From: Rhizophagus irregularis
Lineage: Eukaryota
NCBI RefSeq assembly: GCF_026210795.1
Contig: NC_089429.1
Location: 1,736,001-1,800,000 of the forward strand
Direction of reading: 5' to 3'
Length of the DNA: 64,000 nt
Part shown: positions 40,943 through 54,403 of the stretch, piece by piece
Position numbering within the stretch: the stretch's first letter is position 1
Layout: the number at the start of each line of letters is the position of its first letter
The notes under the pieces: generated by a model
What the model saw: the letters and a program-made list of their open reading frames with translations, nothing else
Databases searched by the model: none
Told to the model about the DNA's origin: nothing
Program-made: the position numbers and the translations under genes

Positions 40943-42229
40943 CAGTTTTTATTATATATTTAATAATATCTTATATTTTTACACCCACTCATGGATTAAA
41001 ATATTAAGAAGAAATGGGTTTTTATCAGTGACTACTGATTCATACTTTTTCCTTCTGCTTTTCTTATCAACTTTTTTTATATAATATATACAATACAATC
41101 AAAGGTATTTAAAATACTAAGAAAGCTTATATTCTTTTAACTAATCCATTCAATATACTTTATAGCAATAAAGTATGAGATGTACGCATTTTCTATATAT
41201 ATTGATTGTTCTCATTCCGTAGTTTTTAACTATATTTGGGTTTACCAATGCCTAGTAATGGCTGGCTACTATGAGACAGTTGAGTTAAACTTTATGATTT
41301 CTGGACATACTAATTCATTTAATCAGATATGTTCCCTTAGCTTATATTATTAAATAAGATGTATGAATTCCATCGTGTTTTTATGTCAATTTATAAAAGC
41401 AATATATTATATTTTAGCCATTCTCATTTTGGAATATAGGTTGCTTTTATGTTTTCATCTTATTTTTAAATCCTATTATATCCATTTTATTCTGAATTTT
41501 GTAGCAAATCTCTCATAACTTGTAAAACTGAATTGTCATTTACTTCACCTTTGATAATGTTGTTTGCTTAATCTTTGATTACCTTTCTTAAATGGTTATA
41601 TTCATGATGAATATTTATGAATTGTTGGATGCCAAAAACATGTTTCCAATTTGTTATTATAATATGTGAATATATTATGTTATCATTTATAATTTTTATA
41701 TTCTAAACGATTTGTCATCTCATTTATGAAGATGTTTACCCAGTCCCGGAAAGTACCTAGAAATTTTACGCTATTTTTCTGGCGCACTTTAAATTATTGT
41801 AAAATTGCCTACTTTTATTAAAGATGGTGTAAAATCAGAAAATGAGGCTATTAAAGTTATATTCTATAAAATATAATATATGTTATAAATATTATAAATG
41901 TAAGAGAATCCTTATCCTATATTTTTAGGCAAATGGATAATCTTGTATGAAAGAGGAAAGAAATTTCATTTGTTTAAGATAGGTGAGTGTCAGAAATTCC
42001 TCCAAAGATGACATTTTTGAGTTTAAAAAGGTGTGTCTCCAGATAGGGTTTTGTGAGAGTTAAGTGAATCCAGAAAAGTGTTAATATGATCAGTTAAGTG
42101 ATCTAATTTGTTTTCAATTTTGGATTGGGCAGAGTTAGTGACATTGAATTCCTATTATCTGGCATCCATGTGTATAGAACAATAAATAAGGCTGTGATAT
42201 AATTCTTTAAGTTTAGAATATTGTTTTAG

Positions 42230-42521
42230 AAAGATGCCCACCATAATAGGAAATGAATGTACACTAAGAAATGCTAATATTAATAGCCCTCTAAATAATA
42301 CAATCTAATTTATTAACATATAAGAGCTGATCTCAATTGTAATATACTATATAAGAGCTAATACAAACTATAGCTTTGCTAATATTCTGAAAGAGTAGCC
42401 AAAAAGGATGATTGTTAAATGCTGCAATACCTGTTGGCGCAAGTATGAGTATAGATGATTTAATTAGACTCAATTCCGGCCACCTTATTAATGTCATTTT
42501 ACCATACTTCAATTCTTTCAT
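42230..42521 (-). mobile_element. Pif1-type helicase remnant (probably Helitron-derived)
   Basis: ILILAPTGIAAFN matches Pif1 motif Ia; surrounding sequence degenerate. Confidence 0.5.
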
Positions 42522-43918
42522 TTGAGATTTACTGTAATTAACTTCAATTAGTTTGATCCTATTGATTCTAAAAGAACTTCACAAACTTTCTTTGATCTGC
42601 TAATCCAGTAGCTAGTGTAGTAAAAGATTATAATATATACATTATAGTAATGGTGATATTATGGATCCATTTTTCAGGTTGATGGAGATCTCGTTGCTAA
42701 CTTAATTATAAAGTATGGACATAGTGCAACTTTTTTACTTTTTGAGACTTTTGAGATTCTGAATGTCTTCTTATATTTCTTATAACAACATTAGCTCTTA
42801 TTTTCATAGGAGGATTATTCAGTTCAATGGTCTAAAATTCACGTGATTCTTTATTGTGTAAATTGTCTACAAAATCCTTCTTAAGTTGCTTATTAAAAGA
42901 TTCAGCAAGATTGGCCCTTTTTATTTGTATTTCTTCACCAAGATCAGTAAGAATTGAATTTGGTAATAATAATAATATAATATAGTTGGTTTATATTATT
43001 AAAAACACATAAAAAAAGTTTTAACAAAGCTTATGATTATTATGCATCAGTGTGTTCATTTAAATATGAATTTTGAAGAATGTAATGAATTTATAAAATT
43101 ATATTAGATTATAATAAGGTATTTTGACGTTCTGACAAGTAAAAGACCATTAATTTATATTGCAATGTAATAATATTATGTATTTAATAGTGAAATTTAC
43201 ATATTTAAATATTTAATCTATTATAATTGTTTAAAATATGTATAAAAATATTTCCTTTATACAACTAAAGGAATTAAAAGGAAATATTTATATAAATGTA
43301 TAAAATTTTTTTATCAGTTATGAGTCTAAAATCTGTTTCTTTGGTATTGGTTTAAATAAAAAAATTAAATTTCACAATCTGTGCAACTATGATCATCAAT
43401 ATCAGAGAAGGCTTTGTATCCGAAACAAGCCATATAATATATTATAATATATTAGCAGATGATTATTTTTTTTTAATCTTATCAAATAAATAAATGCTTG
43501 AAATTTGATTTTATTCATATAATCTTATTTTTTATTGATAAATTGAAATAAATATGTTTAATGATATATCACATATTCAACAATAATCTCACCAAAGTTT
43601 TGTGGCTTTAAACAAATTTCAAAGCCCAAATTATCATATGATTGACAAATAATTAAAAATTTGGCTTAAAAATTTTTGTGTTGCTTCACATTAATACTAA
43701 GCAATATATATTTATTTAGTTAATAGTTTCATGATATTTATGGCTTTGCCCAGAATTTGGAAAACAAATATTCATGATTCAAATAATTTAAAGTTTTGTG
43801 GCTTCATCTGAAGTTTCATAGCCAAATTACCATGTGATTGATTAAAATAATTAATTAATATAATTTGGTTATGTTGTACTTTTCAATATTTTTCGTATTA
43901 TATTTGATAGAGTGAATT

Positions 43919-43999
43919 TATTTACCGCACCCCTCCTTAAAATGGCAAATGATAAACATAAAAATATATATAAATTTGTAACGCAGGGTGCGGTGAATA
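43919..43999. repeat. Small inverted repeat / mini-MITE
   Basis: TATTTACCGCACCC ... GGGTGCGGTGAATA. Confidence 0.5.
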
Positions 44000-44448
44000 C
44001 ATTATTTCTATTTGATATTCTAAATTTTTAAGACAAGTTTCGCTTAAAGTCCTGTGACCTTGCCCAAAGTTTCAACTAGTACTTTACAATTGAGATGTAA
44101 ATATTTTACCTGAAGTTTTAAAAATCCTAGTGATAATGACATAGTTAAAAACTCATTTAAGCAATTAATTAATTTTAATATTATATTTATTTATACAATT
44201 TATACAGGTTTTATGGCAGAAATACATAATAAACAATATAATCATATTCTATATATTTAATTAGTGAATATAGGTACACTTAAATATCATTTGATCAACG
44301 GAAATCAAGTTTAAACGTTTCGACCCTAACTTTTGACGGCAATAATTTGTAAGTTACTTCCACAAATATATAACTGACGAATATTCTATAATGTAGATGG
44401 GATATTAATAAACACGTACAGTATGAAAAGTTTGCTATATTAAAACTC

Positions 44449-47021
44449 TCAATCTGAATTGTCGGTTTTAGTATGTTTTCCTATTTATTCAGAAATAAAT
44501 TTAAATTAATATGTTATATTACTATAAACATTATTATTGTACGAGCATAAAAAAATTTCACTTACTACTGTTCTGAGTTTTGAAATTTAATTCTTCAATA
44601 TTACGCTTTCTTGAAGAATTTGTAGTTATAATTGTTACCAATTTACTCAATGGTTTACTAAAATAAGCATTTTGACGCTGAGAATTAAAGGAATTTTGAA
44701 CGGAACTTATATTGTTTGTAGACAAACTACATAAAAATAAATATTTTTTTATTTTCAACAATGTCATTAATAATTTTTTTAGTTATTATAATTACCTTTG
44801 GATATTATTTATATCAAATTCATATTCTTTTGTAATATATTCTAAAGAATTATAAAAGAAATTTAAATTAATAAATTTAATGGAACAGATTAAATTAAAT
44901 TAATATACCTTGTTTCAAATTAAATAAATTTCTTGACGAAAAATCTAGAGTTAAAGATTTGGAAATAAGTGAACTTAAAGCTCTACTTGTAAAGACTGTT
45001 TTGGGATGAGATTTCTCAATAGACTCGGGTCCAAGTTTCTTTGATCGTATTAATTCTAATCTCATCTTTTCAGCTTGATTTATAGTTTCAATTGAATCAG
45101 CTGAATCTACAGGATCATTAAAAGGGATTCCAGAATAAACCCATTCACTAGTTAGTTGATACCATTTGGTAACAGTACAACAAACTTCGCGAATATCTGG
45201 TCTTTTTAAAGGATTAGAATCCCAGCATTTTTTCATTAAATTAGCATACCATTCGGGTGTATCATTTGTAATTTCAGGTCGTTTTCCATCAATAATTTCA
45301 TAAATAAGATTAACGTTATGTTCAACATTAGCGAAAGGTTTATAACCTGTCGTAAGCTCCCACATAATCATACCCAAACTATATATATCGGATTCTTTTG
45401 AAAATTTAAAACATTTAAATACTTCCGGCGCGATATAGGGGATCACTCCATATATTCCATTATTAGATAAAGTACTGTTTGCAGATTGTGATAATCCGAA
45501 GTCTCCAATTTTCCAACATTTTAATCCATTAGCTAATCCATATTTCCGTAAATTTGAAAATAATATATTTCCACCATGAATATCTCGATGTACAAAATTA
45601 TTTCTGTGAATAACTTGAAGTCTAAAAAAAATTAGTAATTAATAAAACTCAAGTGTTAAATAATAAGTTAATGTACTAAAAATATAAATACCCAGACGAA
45701 ATATCCGTTAAAGTCGTTATTTTCTGTTGCCATGTAATATTTGCAAAATATTTTTGTAAGTAATCCCATAAACATCCACTTTTTGCATATTCCATTATCA
45801 GCATATACTCTTTTGTTAGTGGATTTTGTGAAATACCATAACAACCAATAATGTTATTGTTGAAATCGTAAAGATAATAAAGTGATTTTAACTACCAAAA
45901 TATAAATAAGTCAATTAATATTAAAAAAAAATAAGTTGCAAATATGTTAATATTACCTCATTTAAAACGTATTTGACGTATTTGCTGATATTTTGTGAAT
46001 TAGATATTTCTTTTACAGCAACATCAAGATCATGTGTACCGTCTGACCAAATTGCTTTATAAATAATACTAAATCCTCCTTCTGCTATTTTTTTAAAATT
46101 TTTAATTTGAGAATATGGAATCCACTCTATTATTTGTTTTTCTGTACTAAATAAGTTTCTAATAAACAAATATACATTTAACGGATTTAAATTTGTATCA
46201 TTATTCACATAATTAGCAATTAAACGTTGATTATTGCTGTCAATTCTTGTAGAAGCAAGGAATTCATCTATAATATAATTTCCACTAATTATATTTGTAG
46301 TATCAATATTAATAAATGATACTCTTTTACATTTCTTACATTGAGACTGATCTGTAATTCCAAAAATAATATTTGTTGTCAAACAATACCTACATCCAGT
46401 ATAAATTGTAAAGCAACATGAACACCACTTTTGACAATAGTAAGATTCTGATACTTGGTTTACATATTTTAGTTTTCGTGTGCAAACTACACATTGTGTA
46501 TAATTATCCCACCATGGTAAATGTAGAATAGAAATAGGCTCTTTATTCAAAGTTGATTCTACCCATCCAGGAGAAATTTGATAACAACCAGACCGCTTAT
46601 CATATAATTCAAAGCCTTTACTAATATAATGAACATAACTCTCTGAAAAAAAGAATTCGTTGGTTGATAAATTATTTGGGATTACTTGTCTAAAATATAA
46701 AATCTCAGAGCAATATTCACACCATTCTTGAATGTTTCTTGTATAAAAATTGTTTCTAATTGCTTTATGTTCAGTGCACTGAGAATTATTTGTACTTATA
46801 TTTACATCTAAGTATGTATTATTGGTTGTATTTTTTGTATATTGAATATGCCAATATAAACAATTTTTGCAATATTTTTGTTCAAATTTAAGTGTCATGG
46901 AGTATTTATTTGCACAATAATTACATTTATCTTCATTATCCTTAAAAGGAATAAACAATACAGGTACGGGACTAGATTTTAATCCTGGCGTAGGGTCAAA
47001 TGAATTATTATCTGTGTTCAT
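44449..47021 (-). CDS. TKL-like protein kinase with Cys-rich N-terminus, ~6 exons
   Basis: Exons 47021-45957, 45891-45692, 45621-~44908 and three short 3' exons with GT-AG junctions; motifs GGFSIIY, VAVK, HRDIHGGN, DFG, APE, SDIYSLG intact. Confidence 0.88.
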
Positions 47022-48505
47022 ATTGTTGTATCTAAAGTATTCTCAAGAATTTTAAGAAATGATCATTAAAATTAAAAAAACAACGTTTATTTATAATTTA
47101 TCAATTCTTTCTTAAAAGAAGTCTCGAATTCTATTTAGAAAGTTGGAAATTTCTATGCATGTTGTTGATCCGTTGTTATGCACGAATTTCAAGTGATTTT
47201 TATATAATAGGAAATTATTAGTCAATCATTTCATTTCTCAATAAGTTTTTTTAAAAAAAAGAAGATTCCAGTTAAAGTCAAGTTGTGCAAATCACATGCA
47301 AGCTTAACAAAGAACTTCATCTCACAAACGTCAGATTACATCATCGCATAACTAGAACATCCTCAACTATATTTACGGCTTCTAATTAAATAACATTAGG
47401 AGAGCCATAGTCATTTCTCTAACTTAGTACATTTAGGATTATGATTTTCTACCATTTTTTTCACCTTGTAGGAGATTCTAATCATAAGCAAAGGAAAAAC
47501 AATTCAGCTATAGAAATGTATAATAATATGATTAGGAGGCTCGATAATAGTTATAGCTTTCGAAAGATAATTTAATAGAGTTTTATTTCAATTTTATCTT
47601 TTTCTATCTTCCTCATTGTACTAAATAAATAAATAAATAAAGTAATATTAAAAGGTTAGAAGTTAATGAAAGATGACATCATGTTAGTTTATAATATAAA
47701 ATATCAAAAGATGCACAATATTTACGTACGCAAGTAAAATAAAAAAAAAGAAAATCGGTATGATTAAAAATTAAGATTAAAAAGAAAAGTAGGAATAAAA
47801 AATTTCTTGAACATGACAATATAATTTTATCAAAAAATATCCGATTATACAACAATTTGTGATAGAAAATTAACAATGTTCTTTAGGAAATATGGAAAGA
47901 AAATTTGACGAATAAAAGATTACAAATGAAAACTTTAACACATAAACAAACGTTATAAGAATACAAGTGTCAATTTCAAAACTTTATCTAGCGTTAGTAA
48001 GAAAAATACTTATCAATACTATTAATTAAATCATTTACTTTGTCAGTATATATTTATAGTTATAATAGTTATAATACGAAGTTGTTTTGATTAATCGCAC
48101 TAATAGACTTGTCTGTTATCGCCAAATGTATTGATTAGACATAATATTTTACTTCATATCTATGTCTTTTACCCTATCGTAAAAAAAAATGTTCCAGTTA
48201 ATGTTTTACGAAGTATGTTTTGTCTTGTTTAAGCAAATAATTTATGTTAAACTAAAAGGTTTGAAATCCATAAAATAATTAAATATTATGTCCGGTCTTA
48301 ATCACACGCAATGTGATTGAAGTGTCCTTTGGCATGATGAATTATAAATAAGAAGCAAACGCTAATAGAAGAGATATACTAAAACTGTATTTCTCATATG
48401 TATAGAATAAAAATTTCAACATGATTTAGTATTTTTATTCTACAGCGCAATATTAATAAATTTTATGCAATTAGGAATGCAAATTAATATATTCTATATA
48501 TTTAG

Positions 48506-48641
48506 GGTTACGGTACATTTCGCCGAAAGGACGTTTCGCCCAAAAATAGGGCCAACATTACAACATTATGTAGAATTATAAATAACTCAGGCCAGAGATT
48601 ATTTTTCGGCGAAATGGCTTTCGGCGAAATGTCCCGATACC
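48506..48641. mobile_element. MITE
   Basis: ~42-bp TIRs GGTTACGGTACATTTCGCCGAAAG... / ...TTCGGCGAAATGTCCCGATACC; a second truncated left end at ~48648. Confidence 0.75.
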
Positions 48642-49322
48642 ATATATGGTTACGGTACATTTTAGTGAAGTGATGTTTCTTATGTAATACAACAAAGCTA
48701 TTATTAGGCTCGAAAGTATACTGGCCGCGGCGATGGTTATCACTATGCATATTTGCTAGTTATTATTTTTATATCAATCCTCGTATTGATATATCAGTAC
48801 TATATAAATATATAAATAGTTTGTCATATAGTTCGTATGAATATATTAATAAATAAATTCTAAGGATTTAGAAGTACTTTGAATTTTATTTAAGGTCAAT
48901 TTTTAACGTTGCCTTTTAAAGGACCCAGAAAAATATATATAGGGTCAGGTGATGAAAAAAATTTTTTACTATAATAGGAAATAAAATTTTGACTGGTATT
49001 ATCAAAATTATCTAAAAAAGGTAAGAGTTATAATTTTTTTAGTTCAAAATACGCAAACTTTACTTATTGTTAATTTGTTATAATCTTTACATATAATTTA
49101 AACTGACTAAATTCTTTATTTAAAACTTTGACAAATTATGGTTTGATAATCAACATTTACAAGGAATATTAAGTTCACTACTCTTTGTTTATTAAGTAAT
49201 ACTTAGTATTTATACAGTAATAATAGTAAAAAATCTTTTTTACAATTTACATTGCGTTATTTCAAATCTTTCATTTACTCATTTTTTATTATCATGATTA
49301 ATAAAATATATTTATTTACAAA

Positions 49323-50954
49323 TCATAAGAATTCATAACCAATATAATCCGTTTTTATATTTTCACCGTCACCAATACATAAATCATCATAATCTTTAAC
49401 GTGAATACCATAAAATTTAAATTCTTTCACTACATTCTTATAATCAAACAAATCTCTCTTTTCACGTCTTTTGTAAAGATCTTTCATAGCTAAATATTCG
49501 ATCCTTTTTTCTTTCATAATGTATTTCTTAATATGAAGTAAAATATCTTCACTTTCAAAAGTATCATACGAATTTGCTGGATTTCCGATTAATAATTTCT
49601 TAATAAAAATATTTTGTAATTTTTTAAATAATACTTTCGAACCTTTTGCACTAAAATTATGTTCCAATTTTAAATATTCTAACCTACGAGGAAGAATTTG
49701 TTCTAAATTTTCTAACATAATTGATTCAAGTTTACGATTAGGTCGGATTAAATAAATAGAAAGGTAATTAAGATTTTGTTGAACATTCTTAATTAAATCA
49801 AGTGCCAAATAAATATATTTATCATTTTTAAATAATATATCTAAAAATTTGATCTTGTCACAATAAATTTCCAATAGTTTATATAATTGTAGCATATATT
49901 CACTATTATATAACTTAATTGTAATATTTTCTAAGTAATTACCCGACTTTTGTAATAATAACTTTAATGATTCAATTTGTAATTTAGAACGTTCATCTAT
50001 AAATAAAGATTTTAACTTAAACGGTTTAGTCAGATTAATAATTTGTTGAAAAAAAGTAGAATCTAAAGAACTACAATAAAGAATATGAATAGATTCCAAA
50101 ACATTTAGTTGTTCAAAATTAACTTTCAAACTATTTAATTGAATACAATGAAATGTAATTGTTTTTAAGGTATTTGAATAATTAGTAACATTTAAATTTA
50201 AATTACTATTAAAAGAATAAATTTTTCTGAGATTTTGTTGTGAATTAATCAATTTGAATAGACAATCTTTTTCAATGTAATTATATGATAAAGAATGAAC
50301 ATAAACTGATGAAATTGAAGTGCAATTAGAGTAAAAATATTTTATAAATGATGATAAATAGCTATCTTTTTGATAACTTAAACGAATACTTAAATTTTTA
50401 ACATTACAAATGAATTTTGGATTTTGTAGGATTAACTGAAGGGCTGTATTAAAGTAATCATCATAACACTGAATTATAAGATTAGAGATTTCGAGTTCAA
50501 AAGTATGTAAATTAACTTCATTTTCAATAAATATTTTGACTAATAATGAGAAAATAAAATTTCGCAATATAACATCAGTTACATCACATAAAAAATTTTT
50601 AATAGCCCAGGATTCAATAGAATTATAAACTTTAGGTATAGATAAACATTTAATAAAACTAGGATAATTAAATAATGTATTTGAAAGAAACGATGAACCA
50701 GTAAAAAATCGATATTCATTTAATTTTATTTTATCACCATCATTTAATTTGTGTAAGCAAATATTAATAAAATGATAATTTTTAGGATATTCCTTTGAGA
50801 ACGGGTCCTCCCACAATAATGGAATTGCCAAACGACACCATAATCTATTAACTAAAATACATGAATGTAATGTCGAAAAGTCATTTCGAAAGTATTGTAC
50901 AATTTCATATGTTAATTCAGGTAGATTTCCTGAAAATATTTTTGAACATGTCAT
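49323..50954 (-). CDS. F-box/LRR-like protein, 543 aa
   Basis: MTCSKIFSGNLPEL F-box-like motif; intact ORF; tandem paralog of 59028-60620. Confidence 0.9.
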   Translation of the reverse strand: MTCSKIFSGNLPELTYEIVQYFRNDFSTLHSCILVNRLWCRLAIPLLWEDPFSKEYPKNYHFINICLHKLNDGDKIKLNEYRFFTGSSFLSNTLFNYPSFIKCLSIPKVYNSIESWAIKNFLCDVTDVILRNFIFSLLVKIFIENEVNLHTFELEISNLIIQCYDDYFNTALQLILQNPKFICNVKNLSIRLSYQKDSYLSSFIKYFYSNCTSISSVYVHSLSYNYIEKDCLFKLINSQQNLRKIYSFNSNLNLNVTNYSNTLKTITFHCIQLNSLKVNFEQLNVLESIHILYCSSLDSTFFQQIINLTKPFKLKSLFIDERSKLQIESLKLLLQKSGNYLENITIKLYNSEYMLQLYKLLEIYCDKIKFLDILFKNDKYIYLALDLIKNVQQNLNYLSIYLIRPNRKLESIMLENLEQILPRRLEYLKLEHNFSAKGSKVLFKKLQNIFIKKLLIGNPANSYDTFESEDILLHIKKYIMKEKRIEYLAMKDLYKRREKRDLFDYKNVVKEFKFYGIHVKDYDDLCIGDGENIKTDYIGYEFL

Positions 50955-50986
50955 AGTGAAAAAGAGGAGTGTTATGTTTTAAAATT

Positions 50987-53900
50987 TTAAAACAATAAAA
51001 AGATATTATTGGGCGTTTTTTATAAAACTAGTAACGATTTTGTTGATCATTTTTGTTGATCATTTATTTTAAATTTATTATAAATTTTGTCACGAGATTT
51101 TCTATGGAAATCATTTCTCAATTTGTTATTAAAACACCTGCTGAATTGCCTCGAAATTGAAAATCATTTCCCTTTTTATAAAAAAATTTCCTTTTTGGTA
51201 AAAAACTCTCAGATTAATCTTATATAACTTTATGTAAATGTCAATGACAATGTCAATGTCAGTGACAATGTCAATGTCAGTGACAATGTCAATGTCAATG
51301 TCAATGTCAATGTCAATGTCAATGACAATGACAATGAAAAAAACTTCTAATGCCAACTTTTCGCAAAAACTCTTCCTGTGCCACTAAAAGTCCCTGTTAA
51401 ATTGTTGCATCATTCAATATTTACATAATTTCATTTTTTTGTTGATCATTAAAATTTCATAAAATATTGCAAAAAAATAAAAAAATTGTAAAAAAAATGT
51501 TTCAGTGTTTTTTCATATAATATTATTAAAAAAAATGCCAAAAACTTTTTTTTTGCATTACTATTAAGAAAAAAACGTTTTGGCATTTTTCCATATAAAA
51601 TTATAAAAAAAATAACACAAAAACGTTTTTTCTTCATTTTTGATTTTTTTAACAAAAAATGTCAAGACTGACGTTTTTAATTAAAAAAACCAATATTTTT
51701 TTGATTTTTAATCACAAAAATGTCAAAGTCTGACGTTTTTAATTAAAAAAATCATTTTTTTTTGATTTTTTAATAACAAAAACGTCAAGTCTGACATTTT
51801 TAATTAAAAAAAACCAATATTTTTTTGATTTTTATTTTTAATCACAAAAATGTCAAGTCTGACGTTTTTTAATTGAAAAAATCATTTTTTTGATTTTTTA
51901 ATAACAAAAATGTCAAGTCTGACGTTTTTAATCAAAAAAATCATTTTTTTTTGATTTTTTAATTACAATAATGTCAAGTCTAACGTTTTTAATCAAAAAA
52001 ATCATTTTTTTTGATTTTTTAATTACAAAAACATCAAGTCTGACATTTTTAATCAAAAAAATCATTTTTTTTGATTTTTTAATTACAAAAACATCAAGTC
52101 TGACATTTTTAATCAAAAAAATCATTTTTTTTGATTTTTTAATTACAAAAACGTCAAGTCTGACATTTTTAATTAAAAAAAACAATATTTTTTTGATTTT
52201 TAATTACAAAATGCCAAGTCTGACGTTTTTAATTAAAAAAACCAATATTTTTTTGATTTTTAATCACAAAAATGTCAAAGTCTGACGTTTTTAATTAAAA
52301 AAATCATTTTTTTTGATTTTTTAATAACAAAAACGCCAAGTCTGACGTTTTTAATTAAAAAAAACCAATATTTTTTTGATTTTTATTTTTTAATCACAAA
52401 AATGTCAAGTCTGACGTTTTTTAATTAAAAAAATCATTTTTTTTGATTTTTTAATAACAAAAATGTCAAGTCTGACGTTTTTATCAAAAAAATCATTTTT
52501 TTTTGATTTTTTAATTACAATAATGTCAAGTCTAACGTTTTTAATCAAAAAAATCATTTTTTTTGATTTTTTAATTACAAAAACATCAAGTCTGACATTT
52601 TTAATCAAAAAAATCATTTTTTTTGATTTTTTAATTACAAAAACGTCAAGTCTGACATTTTTAATTAAAAAAAACAATATTTTTTTGATTTTTAATTACA
52701 AAATGCCAAGTCTGACGTTTTTAATTAAAAAATCAATATTTTTTTTGATTTTTAATCACAAAAACATCAAGTCTGACATTTTTAATTAAAAAAAACCAAT
52801 ATTTTTTTTGATTTTTAATCACAAAAACGTCAAGTCTGACGTTTTTAATTAAAAAAATCATTTTTTTGATTTTTTAATTACAAAAACGTCGAGTCTGACA
52901 TTTTTAATTAAAAAATCATTTTTTTTTGATTTTTTAATTACAAAAACGTCAAGTCTGACGTTTTTAACTAAAAAAAATCAATTTTTTTGATTTTTAATTA
53001 CAAAATTGTCAAATCTAACATAAAAAATAATTTTTTGAATCATAAAAATGTCAAATCTGACGTTTTTAATTAAAAAATCATTTTTTTTTATTTTTAATCA
53101 CAAAAATGTCATGTCTGACGTTTTTAACTAAAAAAATCATTTTTTTTTTGATTTTTTAATTAAAAAACGTCAAGTCTGACGTTTTTTAACTAAAAAAATC
53201 ATTTTTTTTTTGATTTTTTAATTAAAAAACGTCAAGTCTGACGTTTTTTAACTAAAAAAGTCATTTTTTGATTTTTTAATTACAAAAATGTCAAATCTGA
53301 CGTTTTTAATTAAAAAAAATCATTTTTTTTATTTTTAATCACAAAAATGTCATGTCTGACGTTTTTTAACTAAAAAAGTCATTTTTTTTTGATTTTTTAA
53401 TTACAAAAATGTCAAGTCTGACATTTTTTAACTGAAAAAGTCATTTTTTTTGACTTTTTAATTACAAAAACGTCAAGTCTGACGTTTTTTAACTGAAAAA
53501 GTCATTTTTTTGATTTTTTAATTACAATAACGTCAAGCCTGACATTTTTTAACTAAAAAAGTCATTTTTTTGATTTTTTAATTACAAAAACGTCAAGCCT
53601 GACATTTTTTAACTAAAAAAGTCATTTTTTTGATTTTTTAATTACAAAAACGTCAAGCCTGACGTTTTTCAACTAAAAAAGTCATTTTTTTGATTTTTTA
53701 ATTACAAAAACGTCAAGCCTGACGTTTTTCAACTAAAAAAGTCATTTTTTTGATTTTTTAATTACAAAAACGTCAAGCCTGACGTTTTTCAACTAAAAAA
53801 GTCATTTTTTTGATTTTTTAATTACAAAAACGTCAAGTCTGACATTTTTTAACTAAAAAAATCATTTTTTTTTATTTTTAATCACAAAAATGTCATGTCT

Positions 53901-54243
53901 GACGTTTTTAACTAAAAAAAACATTTTTTTTATTTTTTAATTACAAAAACGTCGAGTCTGACATTTTTAATTAATAAAATCATTTTTTTTTGATTTTTTA
54001 ATTACAAAAACGCCAAGTCTTACGTTTTTAACCAAAAAAATCAACTTTTTTTGATTTTTAATCAAATCTAACGTAAAAAATGATTTTTTAATCATAAAAA
54101 CGTCAAGTCTGACGTTTTTAATAAAAAAATCAATTTTTTTTATATTTAATTATAAAAACGTTTGATGACCCGACCCAAAATTTTCGAGTCAATCTGACAG
54201 TATAATGATTATAACTCACTAATAATTACCAAGTTACTCTAGT
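50987..54243 (+). mobile_element. Satellite-bearing Helitron/Helentron-like element, copy 2
   Basis: Inverted copy of 30246-32728; absent from the paralogous upstream region at ~60660; 3' end CTAG followed by T; GTCAAT/GACAAT microsatellite at 51240-51335. Confidence 0.7.
51655..54125 (-). repeat. ~60-bp tandem satellite (~40 units)
   Basis: Same unit as 30350-32140 on the opposite strand; includes a block duplication of ~0.5 kb. Confidence 0.95.
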
Positions 54244-54403
54244 TTAAACAAGAAAAAAAAATTTATATAATTTTCGGAGCTAGTTATTCCGAATTTCCGA
54301 ACACAACAGACCAGCTGATCAAATATTTGTAGATCCACTACCACGTGATCTGTATTTCTGGCCGTATAAAAAATAATGACCTACATTAGACATCGGGTTC
54401 CAC

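Noticed and set aside
51129..51356. ORF with (ID)n repeat
   Set aside because: Translation of a microsatellite that is much shorter in the other element copy
31667..52789. Repetitive ORFs (FLIKNVRLDVFVIKKSKKM)n and their antisense ORFs
   Set aside because: By-products of a 60-bp unit; frames break at homopolymer length changes
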